A stretch of 64,000 bases of DNA from Candidatus Latescibacterota bacterium (GCA_965226795.1 CBDDDZ010000004.1:192001-256000); one strand, 5' to 3'. Shown: positions 10,899 to 20,849, counted from the first letter of the stretch. Numbers and translations are program-made. The notes: a model not told the origin generated them from the letters alone.

Positions 10899-12155
10899 CT
10901 ATCCGTACCGTACCCACCGGATCATCTCAGAAAGGGTGGCCCGTTTGCCCCGCATCAGGATGCCCACCCGGTAGATCCGCGCGGCCACCCACGTCAAGCC
11001 GGCAATGGTTGCGATCAGAATCAGAACCGACGCCGCGATCTCAGTCCACGGAGGCGTGAGGACGTTGACCCGCACAATCATAATCATTGGAGAAAAAAAC
11101 GGAATCAGCGACATCACCACGGATGGTGTGGCGTTGGGCTGCCGGGTGATAAACGTCATTGCAAGCAGCGACAGGATCAACGGCACAATGACGAGTATCT
11201 GAAGGTGTTGTGCATCCTGCTCGGTGTCGCAAACGGCGCCTATGATTGCATAGAGTGTGGCGTAAAGAAAATAACCCAGGATGAAGTAGACACCGAAGTA
11301 AACCATCATACCCGGTTCGATCGCAAAGGGCAGGTTCGGGCCGAACGCCATCCTGCCGTATGCGGACGCCAGCAGACCCACGCCGATCCAGACCGTGACC
11401 TGAACCAGGCTGGCGCCTCCAATGCCCAGTATCTTGCCTGCCATCATCTGCAGAGGATCGACCGACGAAAGCATCACCTCCACCATGCGGGAAGACTTCT
11501 CTTCCAGCACGCCGCGCATGACCATGATACCGTATACGATGGTTACCATGTACAACAACATGGCGAAGGCGAACGATGAAAAATATTCCCGGGCGAAGCC
11601 GCTCTTCTTCTCCTTTCCCTTTACGATTTTCACCGTTTTCATCTGCACACGCCGTGTCCATTTTCTCACCGCATCCGGGTCCAGTCCCCGCTCCGCCAGC
11701 CTGTGGGCTACCACGATATGCGTCAACGCACCCCGCAATCGCCCGACCTGGCGAATATCGCTAACGTTTTTCCCGTAGAAGCCGACCTCACCCTTCTCAA
11801 AAATGTCGGCCGGCACCACCAGGTAGGCGTCCAGTCTGTTGCCGTTGATCTCATCCGTCAGTATCCGGCGGGTGGTTTCCAGGTCGGGACCGGGCGGCAC
11901 TTCCTGCAACAGATATTCCAGCCTGCCATCCTGAAATCTATCGTCCAGACGCGTCTCGAGTGGCCGGAACAGGACTCCGGTCTGGTCGATCACTGCAACA
12001 TGCTTTTGTTTGTCAACGTCGACCTGCGCCAGAAAAACCGGAACCAGGATGCTGGCCACCACGAAAACCGGTACCAGAAACAGCCCGATCAGGAAACTCT
12101 TCTTGCGCACAATCTCGATAAATTCCCGCCGGATGATTTTCAGTGTCTTATTCAT
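10899..12155 (-). CDS. ABC-2 type exporter permease (NatB/YhaP-like)
   Basis: IIRREF, VLEEKSSRMVEVMLSSV, GKILG, multiple TM segments. Confidence 0.9.
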   Translation of the reverse strand: MNKTLKIIRREFIEIVRKKSFLIGLFLVPVFVVASILVPVFLAQVDVDKQKHVAVIDQTGVLFRPLETRLDDRFQDGRLEYLLQEVPPGPDLETTRRILTDEINGNRLDAYLVVPADIFEKGEVGFYGKNVSDIRQVGRLRGALTHIVVAHRLAERGLDPDAVRKWTRRVQMKTVKIVKGKEKKSGFAREYFSSFAFAMLLYMVTIVYGIMVMRGVLEEKSSRMVEVMLSSVDPLQMMAGKILGIGGASLVQVTVWIGVGLLASAYGRMAFGPNLPFAIEPGMMVYFGVYFILGYFLYATLYAIIGAVCDTEQDAQHLQILVIVPLILSLLAMTFITRQPNATPSVVMSLIPFFSPMIMIVRVNVLTPPWTEIAASVLILIATIAGLTWVAARIYRVGILMRGKRATLSEMIRWVRYG

Positions 12156-13065
12156 CCTGGCGTTCTCCGGAATCTTCGCCTCGCACAGCCATCATAAAAA
12201 TGTCCCTTAGAGACGGCTCCGAGATTTCAAACCGGTGGATCTGAGCCATGGATAGTGCGTGTCTCAGCAAGTCGCCGGGGTCGACGCCGGTTTGGAGTTC
12301 GACCTCCACGTGATTCCCGCGATGGTCTGCCCGCCGAACCAGCTTCGTATTCCTGAGAAAATCGTCATTACCCTTAAACGCAATACGCAACCGGTTCCTC
12401 GTATACAGCGACTTCAGTTCCGGTACCGTACCGTCCAGTACCTTCCTGCCACGGTTGATGAGGCAGATCCGGTCGCAAAGCGCTTCCGCATCCTCCATCT
12501 GGTGGGTGGAGAAAATGAGGATCTTTCCTTCACGCTTCAAGGTCTCCATAATCTCCTTCAGGACGGCTGCGTTGATCGGATCGAGCCCGCTGAACGGCTC
12601 ATCGAGAATCAACAGATCGGGGTCGTGAATGACGGTTGCGATGAATTGCAGCTTTTGCTGCATTCCCTTGGACAACTGATCCACGCGCCGGTTCGACCAT
12701 TCCGACAGGCCCAACCGTTCCAGCCATTCACCCGCTCTCCCGGCCGCTTCCGACCGGGAGAGCGACTTGATCTCCCCAAGAAACACCAGCAGATCCATAA
12801 CCCGCATTTTGGGATACAGCCCTCGTTCTTCGGGCAAATATCCCACCCGATCCTTGGACAGTCCCGCTCCTCCGTTGTCATAGTCGATCTTCCCCGAATC
12901 CGGCGCATAAATTCCCAGGACCGTACGAATCGTCGTGGTCTTTCCGGCCCCGTTAGGCCCCAGCAAACCGAAGATCTCGCCCGCCGCGATGTCGAGGTCC
13001 AACCCATCCACGGCACGGACGCCGTCGAAGGTTTTCGTGACCTGCTGGAGCACAATCCTGCGCAT
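12148..13065 (-). CDS. ABC transporter ATP-binding protein
   Basis: GPNGAGKTT, LSKGMQQK, ILDEPFSGLD, STH. Start placed at MRRIVLQ (ATG 13065) because the longer ORF runs into the tRNA. Confidence 0.93.
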   Translation of the reverse strand: MRRIVLQQVTKTFDGVRAVDGLDLDIAAGEIFGLLGPNGAGKTTTIRTVLGIYAPDSGKIDYDNGGAGLSKDRVGYLPEERGLYPKMRVMDLLVFLGEIKSLSRSEAAGRAGEWLERLGLSEWSNRRVDQLSKGMQQKLQFIATVIHDPDLLILDEPFSGLDPINAAVLKEIMETLKREGKILIFSTHQMEDAEALCDRICLINRGRKVLDGTVPELKSLYTRNRLRIAFKGNDDFLRNTKLVRRADHRGNHVEVELQTGVDPGDLLRHALSMAQIHRFEISEPSLRDIFMMAVRGEDSGERQDE

Positions 13066-13253
13066 AAGGTTCTCCCGGACTGATCCGAAGGGTTGCGGGA
13101 AGCGCGGGTTATCCGTTGCCGAAGGCTGCGAATCCACGCCTTGAGCAGGCATAAAATACGAGCACGGGCAAGGGCGCGCAACAGGACTTTCCCGCGGTTG
13201 AATGAAACCGCGGCATCGCGAGGCGGTTGCATCGGCTGCCAGGTCTCTTATGA

Positions 13254-13318
13254 AAGCAAAAAGACGCCGGCCGTACGGGGTACGATCGGCGTCTTTCGGG
13301 GGGGATGTAGCATGGTTG
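13254..13318 (-). ncRNA. candidate small RNA with C-rich stretch and intrinsic terminator
   Basis: The minus strand reads CAAC-N17-GTCTAA, then ACAACCATGCTACATCCCCCCC, then the hairpin AAAGACGCCGATCGTAC-ccc-GTACGGCCGGCGTCTTT followed by TTGCTTT. Confidence 0.35.
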
Positions 13319-13380
13319 TATCCGCTTAGACGCGCTCCGAGTGGAGAGGTTGTCAAATTTCCACACGAAGTCGGTGATTC

Positions 13381-13411
13381 AAAAAGAAGGCACCCGCTTT
13401 CGCGGGTGCCC
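13381..13411 (-). terminator. intrinsic terminator after tRNA-Leu
   Basis: GGCACCCGC-GAAA-GCGGGTGCC-TTCTTTTT on the minus strand. Confidence 0.85.
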
Positions 13412-13420
13412 ATTTTATTC

Positions 13421-13507
13421 TGGTGCCGAAGGTGGGACTCGAACCCACACGGGCTTGCGCCCACTGGATTTTGAGTCCAGCGCGTCTACCAGTTCCACCA
13501 CTTCGGC
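13421..13507 (-). tRNA. tRNA-Leu(CAA)
   Basis: GCCGAAGTGGTGGAACTGGTAGAC...CTGGA-CTCAAAA-TCCAG, long variable arm, GGTTCGAGTCCC, encoded CCA. Confidence 0.97.
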
Positions 13508-13633
13508 GCCATTGAAATCAGGATTGTCAAATATCCCCATACCCGCCGAGGGTGTCAAGAGAAAACAGGCGCAATTATTCTCCACCGGTGTTGCCGGTAG
13601 AGAAATCGGCCGGCGGGACGGAAGTGCAGAGCG

Positions 13634-14218
13634 CTACGGCATCCGATCCGCCACGGGCGGACCCAGAATCTCCTGGTAGATTATCGCCTTGCGGACCGTT
13701 TGCGGTTTGAAATCAAGATCGATCCTTCGTCGGCGGGTTCCACGGAGAGGAGCCAGCGCCATCGGGAGGATTTCCGGCGAGTGGTCCCGATCCTTTTCGG
13801 CCGCGGATCCGGCCTCGGCGGCAGGTATCCCAACGCGCGCCCTTTCTATTTCCGCACTGCCGGGGCGCAATTCCTCCGGCCGGAAGACATCCACCTCCCT
13901 ATATTCGTCCCCGTCGTACCCCTCACCCACAGGGCGCGCGCCACTTACTTCCCGAAACTCTCTTCCGCCCTGGGGCTCGCTCACATGGCGTGTGCCTTTT
14001 ACCTCTCTGAACTCCTCACCCACGGTCGGCGTTCCGAACGGTTGCGGTTCGGGGAAACCATCTTCTTCCGAAAGATCGAAGCCCCGCCTGCCCATCGGGG
14101 GCAAACCCAGATCCTCTTCCTCAAGCTCCCGGCGCCGCCGCGCTTCCAGGACCTTGTTGATCAGCGAAAAAATCACACTCAGAACGATCACCAGGATAAT
14201 GGCGAGTTCGAAACTCAT
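13634..14218 (-). CDS. YqfB-like membrane-anchored hypothetical protein downstream of floA
   Basis: N-terminal TM, low-complexity middle with EFREV repeats, C-terminal AIIYQEILGPP; operon position. Confidence 0.65.
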   Translation of the reverse strand: MSFELAIILVIVLSVIFSLINKVLEARRRRELEEEDLGLPPMGRRGFDLSEEDGFPEPQPFGTPTVGEEFREVKGTRHVSEPQGGREFREVSGARPVGEGYDGDEYREVDVFRPEELRPGSAEIERARVGIPAAEAGSAAEKDRDHSPEILPMALAPLRGTRRRRIDLDFKPQTVRKAIIYQEILGPPVADRMP

Positions 14219-14221
14219 GAT

Positions 14222-15220
14222 TTAGGCGTCTCCCCGGTCCGACTCATTCTCCGGACTGTCCTGGGTCTCGGCGATTCCCTCTCGCATTGAGGTGTCTGCC
14301 TGGATATTCTTCATCCGGTAATAATCCATCACGCCCAGATTGCCGCTGCGGAACGCCTCGGCCATCGCCCGCGGGACCTCGGCCTCCGCCTCCACGACGC
14401 GCGCCCGCATCTCCACGACTTTCGCGCTCATCTCCTGCTCATGCGCGACGGCCATCGCCCGCCGTTCTTCCGCCTTCGCCCGGGCGATTTTCAGATCGGC
14501 CTCGGCCTGGTCTGTCTGGAGTTTCGCCCCGATATTGTCTCCCACGTCCACATCCGCGATATCAATCGAAAGGATCTCATATGCCGTACCCGAATCCAAC
14601 CCCTTCCCCAACACGGTCTTTGAAATCAGATCCGGATTCTCCAGTACGGCCTTGTGCGTGCCCGAGGAACCAATTGTTGTCACAATCCCTTCACCGACCC
14701 GTGCGACAATCGTTTCCTCCCCGGCGCCGCCGACCAGCCGGTCGATGTTAGCCCGCACAGTTACCCTGGACGTCGCCTTGACCTGGATGCCATCTTTGGC
14801 CACGGCCGTGACCATCGGGGTGGAAATCACTTTGGGATTGACGCTGACCTGCACGGCCTCCAGCACGTTACGACCGGCAAGATCGATGGCCGCGGCACGC
14901 TCCGTGGTGAGGCTGATCCCGGCTTTGTCCGCCACGATCAGCGCGGTGACCACATTCTCCACGTGCCCTCCCGACAGAAAATGCGCTTCCAGGAAGGAAG
15001 TCGGGATCGCCAGCCCGGCCTTGGTTGCGCTGATCTGAGCTCCCAGGATAAGTCGCGGGGAAACGCGGCGCAGGCGCATCCCCACCAGTTCGCCGATACC
15101 GATTCGAACCCGGGCCGCAAGGGCCGAGATCCACAGCCCGAACGGGATGAAATAAAAGAACAGAAACAGAACGACGATTGCGGCGACAACACCAAACAAT
15201 AGCGCGATTCCTTCGAACAT
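14222..15220 (-). CDS. floA: flotillin-like protein FloA (YqfA/UPF0365)
   Basis: [50 protein letters not shown]. Confidence 0.95.
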   Translation of the reverse strand: MFEGIALLFGVVAAIVVLFLFFYFIPFGLWISALAARVRIGIGELVGMRLRRVSPRLILGAQISATKAGLAIPTSFLEAHFLSGGHVENVVTALIVADKAGISLTTERAAAIDLAGRNVLEAVQVSVNPKVISTPMVTAVAKDGIQVKATSRVTVRANIDRLVGGAGEETIVARVGEGIVTTIGSSGTHKAVLENPDLISKTVLGKGLDSGTAYEILSIDIADVDVGDNIGAKLQTDQAEADLKIARAKAEERRAMAVAHEQEMSAKVVEMRARVVEAEAEVPRAMAEAFRSGNLGVMDYYRMKNIQADTSMREGIAETQDSPENESDRGDA

Positions 15221-15278
15221 ATCACGGCTCCCCTTGTATCTTCAGTCGTTTGAACCGAACCGGCTCAAACGAGGGCCC

Positions 15279-15590
15279 TCTAGCGGGCGTCCTCAGCCTT
15301 ACGTACCACGATCCGGTTGCCTTCAACCTCGACGACCCTGAATTGGGCCTATCTCTTTCAATAAACTCGCCTTCAGCGGCCACGTTGACCCGACGCCCGT
15401 CGATCAGGCCCGCACCCGAGGGCCGCAGCGGCGTATAGGCCACGCCCTCTTTGCCCGCGAGCGCGTCATGTTTTCCAGTGACTATGTATCCTGCTTCGGT
15501 GCGTTCGTCTGCATGAAGCACAAGCCATTTCCACAACAGAACCGCGATTGCGACGACAAACACGATCAATATCGCAATTCCTTCGATCAT
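15279..15590 (-). pseudogene. short NfeD (single TM + OB fold), apparently frameshifted near 15345
   Basis: WKWLVLH..ER.EAGY...GKEGVAYTPLRPSG.GLIDGRRVNV closely matches the C-terminus of the upstream NfeD. Another frame continues VVEVEGNRIVVRKAEDAR-stop. Confidence 0.75.
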
Positions 15591-15649
15591 TAAACGGATC
15601 CCGTCCATCTACGGCCAATTTAACCGAACTCCCAAAACTCCATACGCCC

Positions 15650-15722
15650 CTAACAGTCCGTTGATAAAGTTGCTCTGAAGGCGAGGCCGCAGGCAGGATG
15701 GACTTTTTCAACGGGCTGCTAA
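15650..15722. mobile_element. 65-bp MITE-like element with terminal inverted repeats and CTAA direct repeats
   Basis: CTAA-CAGTCCGTTGATAAAGT...ACTTTTTCAACGGGCTG-CTAA; the inverted repeats match at 15/17. Confidence 0.6.
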
Positions 15723-17062
15723 CCCGTCTCCTCGGTCTTGCGAACTACAATCCGGTTGCCTTCGACCTCAACCACCGTGATCGGGCTATCCTTTTCGATA
15801 AATTCGCCATCGGCCGCCACATTTACCCGGCGCCCGTCGATCAGGCCCGTACCGGAGGGCCGTAGCGGAGTAAAAGCCACGCCCTCCTTGCCCACGAGTG
15901 CATCGTGTTGTCCGGTGGCTATGTAACCCGCCTCGCTACGTTCTTCTTCATGGAGTACAAGCCAGTTCCATGCAGACGTGCGCGGCAGCATTTTCAACAT
16001 CACACAGGCGATCACAACCGTGGTTATAAACGCCAGCAGCAGGGGCCGGGCGCCAATGCCCACGGACTGCCAGGTCCACAGTTCCGGGCGCCCCATCAGA
16101 CTCAGAAACATACCGGCGAACATCAAGACCACTCCCGGGATGGCCAGCACACCGAATCCGGCAACGAAAAACAGGTCGGCGAGCAAAAGGATCAACCCGA
16201 CAAGAAAAAGCAGCACTTCCGTCCAGTCAGCCAGCCTCACCAGAAGATGGCTGCCGAAAAACAGACCCAGACAGATCAGGCCCAACGTGCCCCCGACGCC
16301 CCAACCCGGGCTCTGGATCTCGAAGATCAAGCCCAGAAAACCGAGAGACATGAGCAGCGACGCCACATAGGGGTGCGTCAGCCATCGCACGACCTGCTCC
16401 GACCAGTTCGCCGACTGGTGGGTTATGCGTTTCCCGTCTAACTCATAATGTGACAGCACGGCCTGAAGTTTTTCAACCTCGCCCGTCTCCGAAATACGGT
16501 ATTCCGCGATCTTTTTCGCAACCGCTTCGGTTGTTGTGAGCGTGAGCAGCTTCCCCTTAGGTGCGAGATCCTCAATATCCACGTCTTCGTCGACCATCGC
16601 CTCCGCAAGTTCAGGGGAGCGACCCGTCTTCTCGGCCGTTGCCTTCATCTCATTGCGAAAATACGAAATCACTTTTTCACTGGCCTTTTTCCCCTGCATA
16701 TCTACGGCCGTGGCCGCGCCGATGGTTCCCCCGTCGACCATGACGATATGCCGTGTGGCCAGTGAAATCAACGCTCCGGCCGAAATTGCACGCGGGTTGA
16801 TGAAGGCAATGGTTTTCACATCGCTGTAAAGAATTGCGTCCCGGATGACCAGGGCCGCGTCCAGGGCGCCGCCAGGGGTGTTAATTTCAAAAATCACCGC
16901 TGACGCGCCCTCTGCCTCCGCATCTTCCATGACCCGCGAGACAAACGCCGCCAGCCCTCGCTCAATGGTACCCTCGATCGGCACGATGTAGACCGAACCC
17001 TCCGCCCCGCACAGGGCAGGCAGAAGCAGAACGAGCGCCAGAACCCGAAGTGAAACTCGCAT
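15719..17062 (-). CDS. nfeD: long NfeD (ClpP-class membrane serine protease + TM + OB fold)
   Basis: INTPGG, AISAGALISLA, GKLLTLT, TPLRPSG, VEGNRIVVR; start at MRVSLRV after GAGGGAG. Confidence 0.92.
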   Translation of the reverse strand: MRVSLRVLALVLLLPALCGAEGSVYIVPIEGTIERGLAAFVSRVMEDAEAEGASAVIFEINTPGGALDAALVIRDAILYSDVKTIAFINPRAISAGALISLATRHIVMVDGGTIGAATAVDMQGKKASEKVISYFRNEMKATAEKTGRSPELAEAMVDEDVDIEDLAPKGKLLTLTTTEAVAKKIAEYRISETGEVEKLQAVLSHYELDGKRITHQSANWSEQVVRWLTHPYVASLLMSLGFLGLIFEIQSPGWGVGGTLGLICLGLFFGSHLLVRLADWTEVLLFLVGLILLLADLFFVAGFGVLAIPGVVLMFAGMFLSLMGRPELWTWQSVGIGARPLLLAFITTVVIACVMLKMLPRTSAWNWLVLHEEERSEAGYIATGQHDALVGKEGVAFTPLRPSGTGLIDGRRVNVAADGEFIEKDSPITVVEVEGNRIVVRKTEETG

Positions 17063-17114
17063 GCAGGAAAACTCCCTCAATATTTGGGATTTGAGCGGCA
17101 TCAACCTGAATATC

Positions 17115-17143
17115 AGTGTACCTTATTCGATTAAAATTGTCAA
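17115..17143 (-). promoter_or_regulatory. sigma70-type promoter for the nfeD-floA operon
   Basis: TTGACA-N17-TACACT on the minus strand. Confidence 0.65.
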
Positions 17144-17199
17144 TGGGTATCAATCCGGGCGCCGGGTTGAACGGACCCCATTCAACGTCTTTTTCCGGC

Positions 17200-17228
17200 T
17201 TGACATCAACGCCGCATACTTGTATTAT
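17200..17228 (+). promoter_or_regulatory. sigma70-type promoter for tRNA-Met
   Basis: TTGACA-N17-TATTAT. Confidence 0.75.
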
Positions 17229-17246
17229 TCACACGGAAAAACAGGT

Positions 17247-17322
17247 GGCGGCGTAGCTCAGTTGGCAGAGCAGTGGAATCATAATCCATGGGTCGGGGGT
17301 TCAAGTCCCTCCGCCGCTACCA
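17247..17322 (+). tRNA. tRNA-Met(CAT), probably elongator
   Basis: GGCGGCGTAGCTCAGTTGGCAGAGC...GTGGA-ATCATAA-TCCAT...GGTTCAAGTCC...ACCA. It lacks the initiator C1xA72 mismatch and the three G-C anticodon-stem pairs. Confidence 0.93.
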
Positions 17323-17339
17323 ATTGAAATCACAGCGAT

Positions 17340-17378
17340 AGAAACGGCGTTTGCGCCTCCAACGCAAACGCCGTTTCT
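17340..17378. terminator. long hairpin between convergent tRNA-Met and the C45 gene
   Basis: AGAAACGGCGTTTGCG-cctccaa-CGCAAACGCCGTTTCT. Confidence 0.75.
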
Positions 17379-18450
17379 ACGTGTCGGAGACGGTGTGCCG
17401 CAAAAAGGGATGTGAACAGGGATACCCGTCCGTCGCCCACATTGCCCGATCGCCCGGGCACAGAATCAATCCGCTATCCGTATGCAGCCCGGCCTGCCCA
17501 TGCTGGCAGACACCCACCGGGTCGGCGTGGGTTCGGTACATCTCGGCCAGACCTTCGAGGCTTCGCTCCACCTCTCTCTCCATCCGCTCGAGCAATTCAA
17601 TGCGCGCGCGGCTGTTTCCCAGCAGCGGGGATTCCGGGTCGTCCTTCCCTATCAGCTCTTTTCCAAGACAGTGGTTGGTCTCCCACACCGCAGCCCCGGG
17701 GCCGGATGGTCTCCTGATGGTCTGCCCCGCCACGTGTTTTTCCAGAATAGCCACGTCTCCGGTGGCGTCGCCCATCAGAACGCTCATTCCATGCATTGGA
17801 ATCTCGAACCCGGCGCATAACGCCGCAGCCTCTTCCACCGAACGGCACTGTTCGGCCATTTGAGGCAACAGAAACAGCACGGGTACTCCGCCCCGGCGGC
17901 GTTCACAGCCGGTCAATCCTGTCATGCCGAACCCGAACCCGGCTTCGTTGACCGCCGCCGACGTCCAGACCGTGCCTACGAAGTGCAGCTGTACGGAACG
18001 CAGTTTACCGGCTGGCGCGGCGTGATGGATCGCGTTAGCCCCCAGCTCTCTCTTTCCGAGGTCGTCGGATTTCCCCAGCCACACCCGCCCGTCGTTGCCG
18101 GAAAACCCGAATACGCTGCACGCGGGCAATGAGAATTCATCCAGATCGAAGACGAGATTGAGCTCGAACACGTCGTCGAACGGCAACCCGGCACCCATCG
18201 CAATGCCCTCTATTTCGCGAACGATGTCGGGAAACAACCTGTCGATCTGCTTCGTCCAGAGTTCCACCTTTCGCTTCCTCGCATCCGGCGCCAACCCCGG
18301 GCGCCAACCGCCCTCCCCGTCGGCAAACTCCTCCCTGTATCGATCGATCAACCCGGCGATGCGGTCCGATGCCGCGCGGCCGTGCGCGATACCCCGTGCC
18401 GTCGCGTCGCCTTCCGTCCGGAGGTAGTACATAAACTCCTCGTTGCCCAT
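17377..18450 (-). CDS. C45 family (acyl-CoA:6-APA acyltransferase-like) Ntn hydrolase
   Basis: ARGIAHG, EIEGIAMGAG, nucleophile Cys in ACSVFG, VNEAG, ETNH, SRAR. Confidence 0.85.
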   Translation of the reverse strand: MGNEEFMYYLRTEGDATARGIAHGRAASDRIAGLIDRYREEFADGEGGWRPGLAPDARKRKVELWTKQIDRLFPDIVREIEGIAMGAGLPFDDVFELNLVFDLDEFSLPACSVFGFSGNDGRVWLGKSDDLGKRELGANAIHHAAPAGKLRSVQLHFVGTVWTSAAVNEAGFGFGMTGLTGCERRRGGVPVLFLLPQMAEQCRSVEEAAALCAGFEIPMHGMSVLMGDATGDVAILEKHVAGQTIRRPSGPGAAVWETNHCLGKELIGKDDPESPLLGNSRARIELLERMEREVERSLEGLAEMYRTHADPVGVCQHGQAGLHTDSGLILCPGDRAMWATDGYPCSHPFLRHTVSDT

Positions 18451-18571
18451 TCAGAGGTCCATGCAGCCGTCCGCCCGACAGCTGTCGAAGCCGGCAAGAG
18501 TCCGGCGCCGGAACCGTCGCAGTTGAAATCCTGCGATCGTTTTCGATGGGAACCCGCGCCCGGGTATCCCC

Positions 18572-19444
18572 TTATTTCTCCATCGCCCGCGCCATGGCGC
18601 GCACGTGTTCCGGGCCGGCACCGCAGCAGGATCCCAGGTACCGGATATCCGCCGCCATCGCGACCCTTGCGAACCGGTTGAATTGCGTTACAGTGGCCGC
18701 GGACCCCTCCCACCAGGAATGCCAGGCCGAAGGCTGGCAGCAAACCGGAACGTCCACCGCGCGGCGCATCTGAATTGCAAACTCAAGCATAGCCGCCGGG
18801 GGGCATATGCAGTTCAACCCCACCACGTCGGCGCCGGCATCCGCCAGTTGTCTGGCGCATTCAGCCGGCGAAAACCCGTCAAACGTCTTTGCGTATCCCT
18901 TTCCCTCCATGCTCACCGTAACCACCAGCGGGAGTCCGGATCCTCTAGCCAGGTCCACCGCCAGGAGCGCCTCGTCCAGCCACGAAAATGTCTCCAGGAT
19001 CAGGAAATCGACGCCCCCGTCGCAGATCCAGGGAAGTTGCTCGTCCAGCCACGTGCGCGTCCGGTCGCGCTTTTCGGCATCGGAGGGATCGTAATCCATC
19101 AGTGAAATGCTCGGGCTGTTCAGGTTGCCCGCCACCAGCACATCGTCTCCCGCCACCTCTCTCGCGATCCGGCAGGCCGTGGTATTGATCTCCTTCGCGC
19201 GATCCCCGAATCCCGCCGGCTTCAACATATTCGACGTGCCAAAAAACGTGAGTGTCTGCAGAACCTCGGCTCCCGCGTCCTTGAACTCCTGCGTCAGCCT
19301 GCGCACTTCCTCAGGGTGGGTCGCCACCACCTGGGGCGTCATGGCGCCCATTCTCACGAAGCCCCTGAGCCGCAGCCCCATCAGATACCCCCCGTCACCC
19401 AACACAAAGCCCTTTTCCAGACGCTGCAACAGTCCTTCAGCCAT
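18572..19444 (-). CDS. homocysteine S-methyltransferase family (BHMT-like)
   Basis: LGDGG, EFKDAGAEVLQTLTF, ILETF, Zn ligands GLNC and GSCCG. Confidence 0.88.
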   Translation of the reverse strand: MAEGLLQRLEKGFVLGDGGYLMGLRLRGFVRMGAMTPQVVATHPEEVRRLTQEFKDAGAEVLQTLTFFGTSNMLKPAGFGDRAKEINTTACRIAREVAGDDVLVAGNLNSPSISLMDYDPSDAEKRDRTRTWLDEQLPWICDGGVDFLILETFSWLDEALLAVDLARGSGLPLVVTVSMEGKGYAKTFDGFSPAECARQLADAGADVVGLNCICPPAAMLEFAIQMRRAVDVPVCCQPSAWHSWWEGSAATVTQFNRFARVAMAADIRYLGSCCGAGPEHVRAMARAMEK

Positions 19445-19456
19445 AGGACAACACAC

Positions 19457-20720
19457 TCAACTTTCTGATTTAACCCGCGCCTCCTGCAACAACGCGATCG
19501 CTCCTTCGCGGATTTGCGCCTCGGATTCCATCTCCAGGGGCGCGAACAACACCTCGCCGTCCCCCTCCACACGTGCGTGCGCCGTTGGCAGATACCCCAC
19601 CTCGGGGCACGGGTTGCACAAAAGCAGAACCCTGTCGAACCCGGCGGCCTCTCGAATGGCAAACGCGGTCTCCATAAAGGGCTCGCCCGGAATATGGATC
19701 AACGCGCTATCGCCTAGTATGACCGCACGAAAGTCGAACGAACAGGAGGTCTCATCCTGATAAGTCTGCGCCAGCCAATATTCGTATCGCGCGAGACCCT
19801 CTGCCGCGGGGGGATTCGCCTGCCATTCCTCCCGGGCCGTCTCGACTGCCGCCACGGGCTGCCGTTCAATCCGTTCGGTACGTTTGAAAAGCCCCAATTC
19901 CACGTCCGCCCGTGGGGTGAGACCGTTGCAGACGTCCAGGACCGTTTTCGCGATCGATCTGCCGATGCGCCCGCAGGGATCATCCTACAGGATGCACATT
20001 GCCCAGCGCGCCCTGGATGAAAAGGCCGTCGATTCCCCTTTCGGCAAGTTCCCGGCATACCGCACCGGGGTAGTCCGCCGAAATGTTGCCTCGAAAATCC
20101 CACAGAGCAAGTGCGTGACAGCCGAAATTCATTAGCACAATGGGCCGCCTGCCGCCCCTGTCGAAATGCACGACGCCCACCTGGCGATCCACCGCATCGT
20201 AAACCAGATTGTCCGGCGGCCTCGAAAACTCCGTCAGCGACACCATCCGCAGATTGCCCTGCTTATCGTGAGCCCGGCGGTTGTATTGCAGCCCATTCTC
20301 CGCCGAGCCTGCGCCGACCGCCACGCGGGCCGGGGAGACGTCGGCCCGGGCCATTCGCACCGCCTCGGCGGCCGCCCGTGCGTAACGCGCCTCGTTTCCA
20401 AATTCCTTCAACGCTTCCGTAGGCTGATTCACGTAAAACTGGAACAGCGTCGGCCCCGTTCCCATATGGCTGGCGCCCGGGAGGATCCACGAAGGGTCCA
20501 CGTCTGTCTCCGCCAAGTCCGCAGCCATCATGTCGAAACAGATTTGGTCGAACAGGAACATATCCACCGCCAGAAACGTTATCTGCCGGTCGCCCTGCCG
20601 TACGTGCAGCGCACGAAAAAAGATGGGATCGTAGACCTCAAATGATTCGTGCGGTGCAGGCGTTATATCCACCTTGCCGAAACCCGCCAGTATCTGTCGG
20701 CTTGCGTCCGATTCTCCCAT
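19457..20720 (-). pseudogene. neutral/alkaline ceramidase-like hydrolase, frameshifted near 19985
   Basis: AGFGKVDITP, ASHMGTGP, YNRR, NFGCH, ISADYPG, QGALGNVHP. After the shift: DDPCGRIG...IPGEPF...GYLPT. Confidence 0.75.
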
Positions 20721-20820
20721 GAGAGGCGTCCTTTCGGTTGAGACGGCGCGCTTCCCTGCGCGACGTCCAGGGCCGGGACTCCACATCCGATATCGGCGGC
20801 GGGCCCACGGTTGACGTCCA

Positions 20821-20849
20821 ATCATAATACCACCATCCCAGACTGTCAA
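20821..20849 (-). promoter_or_regulatory. sigma70-type promoter for the ceramidase-like operon
   Basis: TTGACA-N17-TATGAT on the minus strand. Confidence 0.65.

Noticed and set aside
13421..17322. tRNA genes as integration sites of an island
   Set aside because: No integrase and no duplicated tRNA 3' end seen; the enclosed genes are ordinary chromosomal genes.
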